Below the pieces are notes generated by a model. The model saw only the letters and a program-made list of their open reading frames with translations, was not told the origin of the DNA and did not search any database. 57,725 nt of DNA, taken from positions 1 to 57,725 of the forward strand of contig VMEV01000005.1 in the NCBI GenBank assembly GCA_007375725.1. Reading direction: 5' to 3'. The stretch comes from Parcubacteria group bacterium Greene0416_36 (GTDB lineage: Bacteria > Patescibacteriota > Patescibacteriia > VMEV01). Shown piece by piece: positions 54,350-57,725 of this stretch. The position numbers were made by a program, and so were the translations under genes. How positions within the stretch are numbered: position 1 is the stretch's first letter; every line of letters begins with the position of its first letter.

Positions 54350-56092
54350 ATGAAGAAAATAGCGCAGTGGGAGATCAAGACGCCCGTGGAGGTCGCCAAT
54401 CGGGATCAGTTTCCGGAGGTGCATCCGATCGTTTTGCAGTTGCTGTGGGATCGGGGATTGCGGACCGAGGCGCAAATCGAAGAGTTTTTGACTCCGGATT
54501 ATTTGGAAGACGTCCATGATCCTTTTTTATTTTCGAGAATGGTTGAAGCGGTAGATTTACTCTCGGGAAAAATTAAAGCGAAAGAATTAGTCGCGATTCA
54601 CGGGGACTATGATGCGGATGGCGTCACGGCCAGCGTGATTTTGGCTTCCACGATTCGACTTCTCGGCGGAGAGGCTCTGGTTTATTTGCCTCATCGGGAA
54701 ACCGAAGGCTATGGTCTGTCTAAAAAGGCTATTGATTATCTGGCTCGAAAAGGCGCCTTCTTACTCATCACGGCTGACTGCGGGATCAGCAATCGGGAAG
54801 AAGTCGAGTATGCTAAATCATCGGGGTTTACCGTGATTGTCACCGATCATCATGAGGTCCCAGCCGTACCTCCGGAGTGCATTTTGATTCATCCCCGCGC
54901 TCCTGGAGAAGAATATCCTTTTAAATATCTGACAGGCGGAGGAGTGGCATTCAAATTCATGCAGGCCATTCTTCGTACGAAGAGCGAGGAATTTGGAGTC
55001 AAAAAAGAAGAAGCTTTTGCTTTTGAAAAATGGCTTCTGGATTTGGTGGCCATCTCGACGGTCGCGGACATGATGCCCCTCCTCGGTGAGAATCGGACCT
55101 TGGTCAAATATGGCCTGGTGGTACTGGCCAAATCCCGTCGCGTGGGCATGAAGAGTCTGCTCGAACGTGCGGGACTGCTTGGGGGAGAGAAGCCCGCTAA
55201 ACTGGATGCCGATACCATTGGCTTTCAAATTGCGCCTCGCATCAATGCCGCCGGGCGCATGGATCATGCCAATATCGCGTTCGAGCTGCTCATGGAAGAG
55301 TCGCCGGTGCGGGCGGGTGAACTCGCCGAAGCTATCAACAAGAATAACGCCGATCGTAAAGACGTGGTGACCCGCATGATGGAGTCTGCGTATCGTCAGC
55401 TGGGAGAGGTTCCGCTGGACGCGCGCCGAGTGCTTTCGGTTTATGACAGCTCGTGGTCCTTGGGAGTCGCGGGGCTTGTGGCCGGGAAACTTTGCCAGGA
55501 ATTTTACCTGCCCTCGGTCGTGGCCGCGGATCTGGACGGGAAAATCGCGGGTTCGGTGCGTTCGATTCCTGGATTCAATTTTGTCGATATGCTTTGGGAG
55601 ATGAAGGGTCTGTTTGAGAAATTTGGAGGTCATGCCGCGGCTTGCGGATTCACGCTGAAGAACCGAGCGGATTGGCCGATATTCCAGAAAAAAGCGAGTG
55701 AATTTTTCTTTCTCAAATCGCGCGACTCGGATGTGATCCCGAAGCTCATGATCGACCAGGAAATTCCGCTCCGAGAAATCAATTGGGATCTCATGGGTCA
55801 GCTCGAGCAGTGTGAGCCTTTTGGAAAAGATAATCCTCGTCCGGTTTTTATCTCGCGAGGGGTGACGGTCAAATCGCTCGACCCTATTGGTAATCTAGGG
55901 AAACATTTGCGTCTCTCCGTATTTGACGGCCAAAAAACAACCCGTAAATGCATCGGGTTCTGTTTTGGCCACTGGTGCCAAACCCTCAAATCCGGGGATA
56001 AAATTGATATGGTCTATGAGGTGGGCGTCAATGAATGGAATGGGAATAGGGAATTGCAATTGAGGATTGTGGATCTTAAATTAGGCAGTTAG
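54350..56092 (+). CDS. recJ: single-stranded-DNA-specific exonuclease RecJ
   Basis: DHH-family motifs: HGDYDADGV, ITADCG, VTDHH. Confidence 0.9.
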   Translation: MKKIAQWEIKTPVEVANRDQFPEVHPIVLQLLWDRGLRTEAQIEEFLTPDYLEDVHDPFLFSRMVEAVDLLSGKIKAKELVAIHGDYDADGVTASVILASTIRLLGGEALVYLPHRETEGYGLSKKAIDYLARKGAFLLITADCGISNREEVEYAKSSGFTVIVTDHHEVPAVPPECILIHPRAPGEEYPFKYLTGGGVAFKFMQAILRTKSEEFGVKKEEAFAFEKWLLDLVAISTVADMMPLLGENRTLVKYGLVVLAKSRRVGMKSLLERAGLLGGEKPAKLDADTIGFQIAPRINAAGRMDHANIAFELLMEESPVRAGELAEAINKNNADRKDVVTRMMESAYRQLGEVPLDARRVLSVYDSSWSLGVAGLVAGKLCQEFYLPSVVAADLDGKIAGSVRSIPGFNFVDMLWEMKGLFEKFGGHAAACGFTLKNRADWPIFQKKASEFFFLKSRDSDVIPKLMIDQEIPLREINWDLMGQLEQCEPFGKDNPRPVFISRGVTVKSLDPIGNLGKHLRLSVFDGQKTTRKCIGFCFGHWCQTLKSGDKIDMVYEVGVNEWNGNRELQLRIVDLKLGS

Positions 56093-56166
56093 GCTTTAGG
56101 CATTAGCTTTTTAGGGAACAGCCAAAATACTGTTTTATTTCTAATAAGCTAAAACCTAATGCCTAA
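56081..56166. repeat. heptamer-arm hairpin (TTAGGCA/TTAGCTT-type arms)
   Basis: The left arm overlaps the recJ stop. GAACAGCC lies in the loop. The right arm is CTAATAAGCTAAAACCTAATGCCTAA. Confidence 0.75.
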
Positions 56167-56181
56167 TTCCTTGTTGCTTAT

Positions 56182-56592
56182 ATGCATATCATCATCTATT
56201 CCGACGGCGGATCGCGCGGAAACCCGGGGCCGGCTGGCATTGGCGCAGTTTTGTGGAATGCCGATAAAACCAAGAAATTGGCCCAGATTTCCAAATATAT
56301 TGGCGAGACCACCAATAATCAGGCTGAGTATCGCGCCTTGGATGCAGCCCTCGACCGCGCCAAAGAACTGGGTGCCAAAACCATCGAATGCTATCTCGAC
56401 AGCCAGCTGGTCGTCCGGCAACTAGAGGGCAAGTACAAGGTCAAAGAACCCGGCATCGCCGCGATTTTCCCCGCGATCAAATTCAAACTCCATTCTTTTG
56501 GTACTCATTCCTGCCATGATATCCGCCGGGAACTGAACAAAGACGCGGACGCTCTGGTGAATGAGGCGCTCGATAAAAAATTAAAAAATTAG
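56182..56592 (+). CDS. rnhA: ribonuclease HI-family protein
   Basis: IYSDGGSRGNPGPAGIG, NNQAEYRAL, and DSQLV...NKDADALVN carrying the DEDD residues. Confidence 0.85.
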   Translation: MHIIIYSDGGSRGNPGPAGIGAVLWNADKTKKLAQISKYIGETTNNQAEYRALDAALDRAKELGAKTIECYLDSQLVVRQLEGKYKVKEPGIAAIFPAIKFKLHSFGTHSCHDIRRELNKDADALVNEALDKKLKN

Positions 56593-56680
56593 CAACCAAT
56601 CCCTCCCCAGCCCTCCCTTTGACAAGGGAGGGGGTAGCAGCCTCCCCCTTGTCAAAGGGGGACCGAGGGGGATTTGTTGT
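56592..56680. repeat. NPE copy o, F orientation
   Basis: It starts at the last base of the rnhA stop codon and is followed by a heptamer arm TCATTCGTCATTCTTCATT. Confidence 0.9.
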
Positions 56681-56703
56681 TTCATTCGTCATTCTTCATT
56701 TTT

Positions 56704-57384
56704 ATGCACCCTTCCCTCGTGATTTCCCTCGGCGGATCCATAGTGGTTCCGGACAAAGTCGATGTTAAATTCATTGAACATTTTCGAGATTTAATTTTAG
56801 GCATTAAAAAGAATTACAATAAGATTTTTATTATTGTCGGAGGGGGAGCAACTGCTCGCGTGTATCAAAACGCGCTTCGCGAATTGGGCACGGAAAAGAA
56901 CTCGGATTTGGATTGGATGGGGATCTCGGTTTCGCGACTCAATGGCCAGTTATTACGGACCGTTTTTTCTAAATTTGCTTATCCAGAACTCGTGACTGAT
57001 CCTTCAAAAAAAATTTCTTTTGGGGAAAAGATGATGATTGGCGCGGGCTGGAAACCAGGCTGGAGCACGGATTATGTCTCGGTCCAATTCGCCAAGACCT
57101 ACGGCGTCCGAGAAATGCTCAATCTGTCCAATGTGGAATGTGTCTACGACAAAGATCCCAAAACTCATCCTGACGCCAAACCTATCTCGTCGCTATCTTG
57201 GCGGAAAATGAAGTCTCTCATGCCCTCGAAATGGACCCCCGGCATGAATGCCCCTTTCGATCCTCAAGCCGTGAAATTGGCCTCCGGATTGGGTTTAAAA
57301 GTCGTATTCCTGAAAGGCACGGATCTGGGAAACCTCGAGCATTATTTGGAAGGGAAAAAGTGGAAGGGGAGTGTGGTGGAGTAA
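56704..57384 (+). CDS. pyrH: UMP kinase, archaeal-type
   Basis: ISLGGSIVVP, FIIVGGGATAR and GWKPGWSTD motifs, about 226 aa. It resembles the short archaeal PyrH layout. Confidence 0.75.
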   Translation: MHPSLVISLGGSIVVPDKVDVKFIEHFRDLILGIKKNYNKIFIIVGGGATARVYQNALRELGTEKNSDLDWMGISVSRLNGQLLRTVFSKFAYPELVTDPSKKISFGEKMMIGAGWKPGWSTDYVSVQFAKTYGVREMLNLSNVECVYDKDPKTHPDAKPISSLSWRKMKSLMPSKWTPGMNAPFDPQAVKLASGLGLKVVFLKGTDLGNLEHYLEGKKWKGSVVE

Positions 57385-57395
57385 TTTGGTTTTGT

Positions 57396-57638
57396 ATGAA
57401 TAATCTTGTTGATGAGAATGGTAAATTTCTAGAGAAATATAGGATTGAATCGTCGAGATGTAAACCGTGGGATTATTCGTCACAGGGTTATTATTTTGTT
57501 ACGATTTGTACTCGAGATCGAGAGCCTTTTTTTGGAAAAATTGCAGAGGGAAAAATGGAATTATCTGATGTCGGGGTGATTGCTGAAACTTTTTTAAAAG
57601 ATATTGAACATCATTTTTCACATATAAAGGTACTGTAA
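57396..57638 (+). CDS. IS200/IS605-like (RAYT-type) Y1 transposase, N-terminal fragment only
   Basis: KYRIESSRCKPWDYSSQGYYFVTICTRDREPFFGKIAEGKMELSDVGVIAE matches the N-terminal pattern of this family. The ORF stops before the expected HUH motif. Confidence 0.55.
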   Translation: MNNLVDENGKFLEKYRIESSRCKPWDYSSQGYYFVTICTRDREPFFGKIAEGKMELSDVGVIAETFLKDIEHHFSHIKVL

Positions 57639-57725
57639 ACTAAAAGTGTGTAAATAAAAAAGAAGGGATGAGATAATGGAAATGTTTAGTAACCATTAAA
57701 ATCATCCTTCCTATGAAAAAGAATA

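Overview
The window is a gene-dense bacterial chromosome segment. I infer a small-genome, Patescibacteria/CPR-like organism from three things: an archaeal-type UMP kinase, DUF4012- and DUF5667-like proteins, and the extreme load of palindromic repeats. I support about 60 protein genes. Housekeeping genes are metG, tgt, xseA/xseB, rplU, rpmG (missed by the ORF track), recR, a ybaB-like gene, dnaB, glmS, lepA, recJ, rnhA, pyrH and ftsE/ftsX. A cell-envelope block at 8.0-14.0 kb holds a PAP2 phosphatase, GT4 and GT2 glycosyltransferases, an O-antigen-ligase-like protein, a sugar-phosphate transferase and uppS. Further envelope genes are a WecA/MraY-like transferase, murB, a MurD2/MurL-type pair and two more GT4 genes. 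A rubredoxin, an FNR-like reductase and a superoxide dismutase form an oxidative-stress trio. An ECF sigma factor and an anti-sigma-like gene sit upstream of a 1592-aa surface protein. Accessory content includes a RelE/ParE module with an orphan HicB, a Fic protein next to tRNA-His, and several orphan ORFs. There are eight tRNA genes: Trp, Asp, Thr-TGT, Lys, Ala, Thr-CGT, Gly and His. No rRNA gene, CRISPR array or intact transposase is present. The most unusual property lies in the DNA between and inside the genes rather than in any single gene. At least five repeat families are visible. (1) A roughly 90-bp nested palindromic MITE/REP-like element occurs 15 times, usually exactly at gene 3' ends, twice in frame inside genes, and once fusing murB to a DUF559 nuclease domain. 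(2) GTAG-headed 28-nt perfect palindromes occur at five loci, two of them in frame inside tgt. (3) Long hairpins have arms built from 7-nt tandem units and share an AACAGCC/GGCTGTT core; one of them carries the remnant of a four-helix-bundle gene. (4) TGTCAT...ATGACA compound palindromes sit 14-17 nt upstream of four start codons. (5) A conserved structured trailer follows two tRNA genes. A truncated RAYT-like Y1 transposase ORF at the right edge is a candidate mobiliser. All family assignments come from reading motifs by eye; no database search was run.
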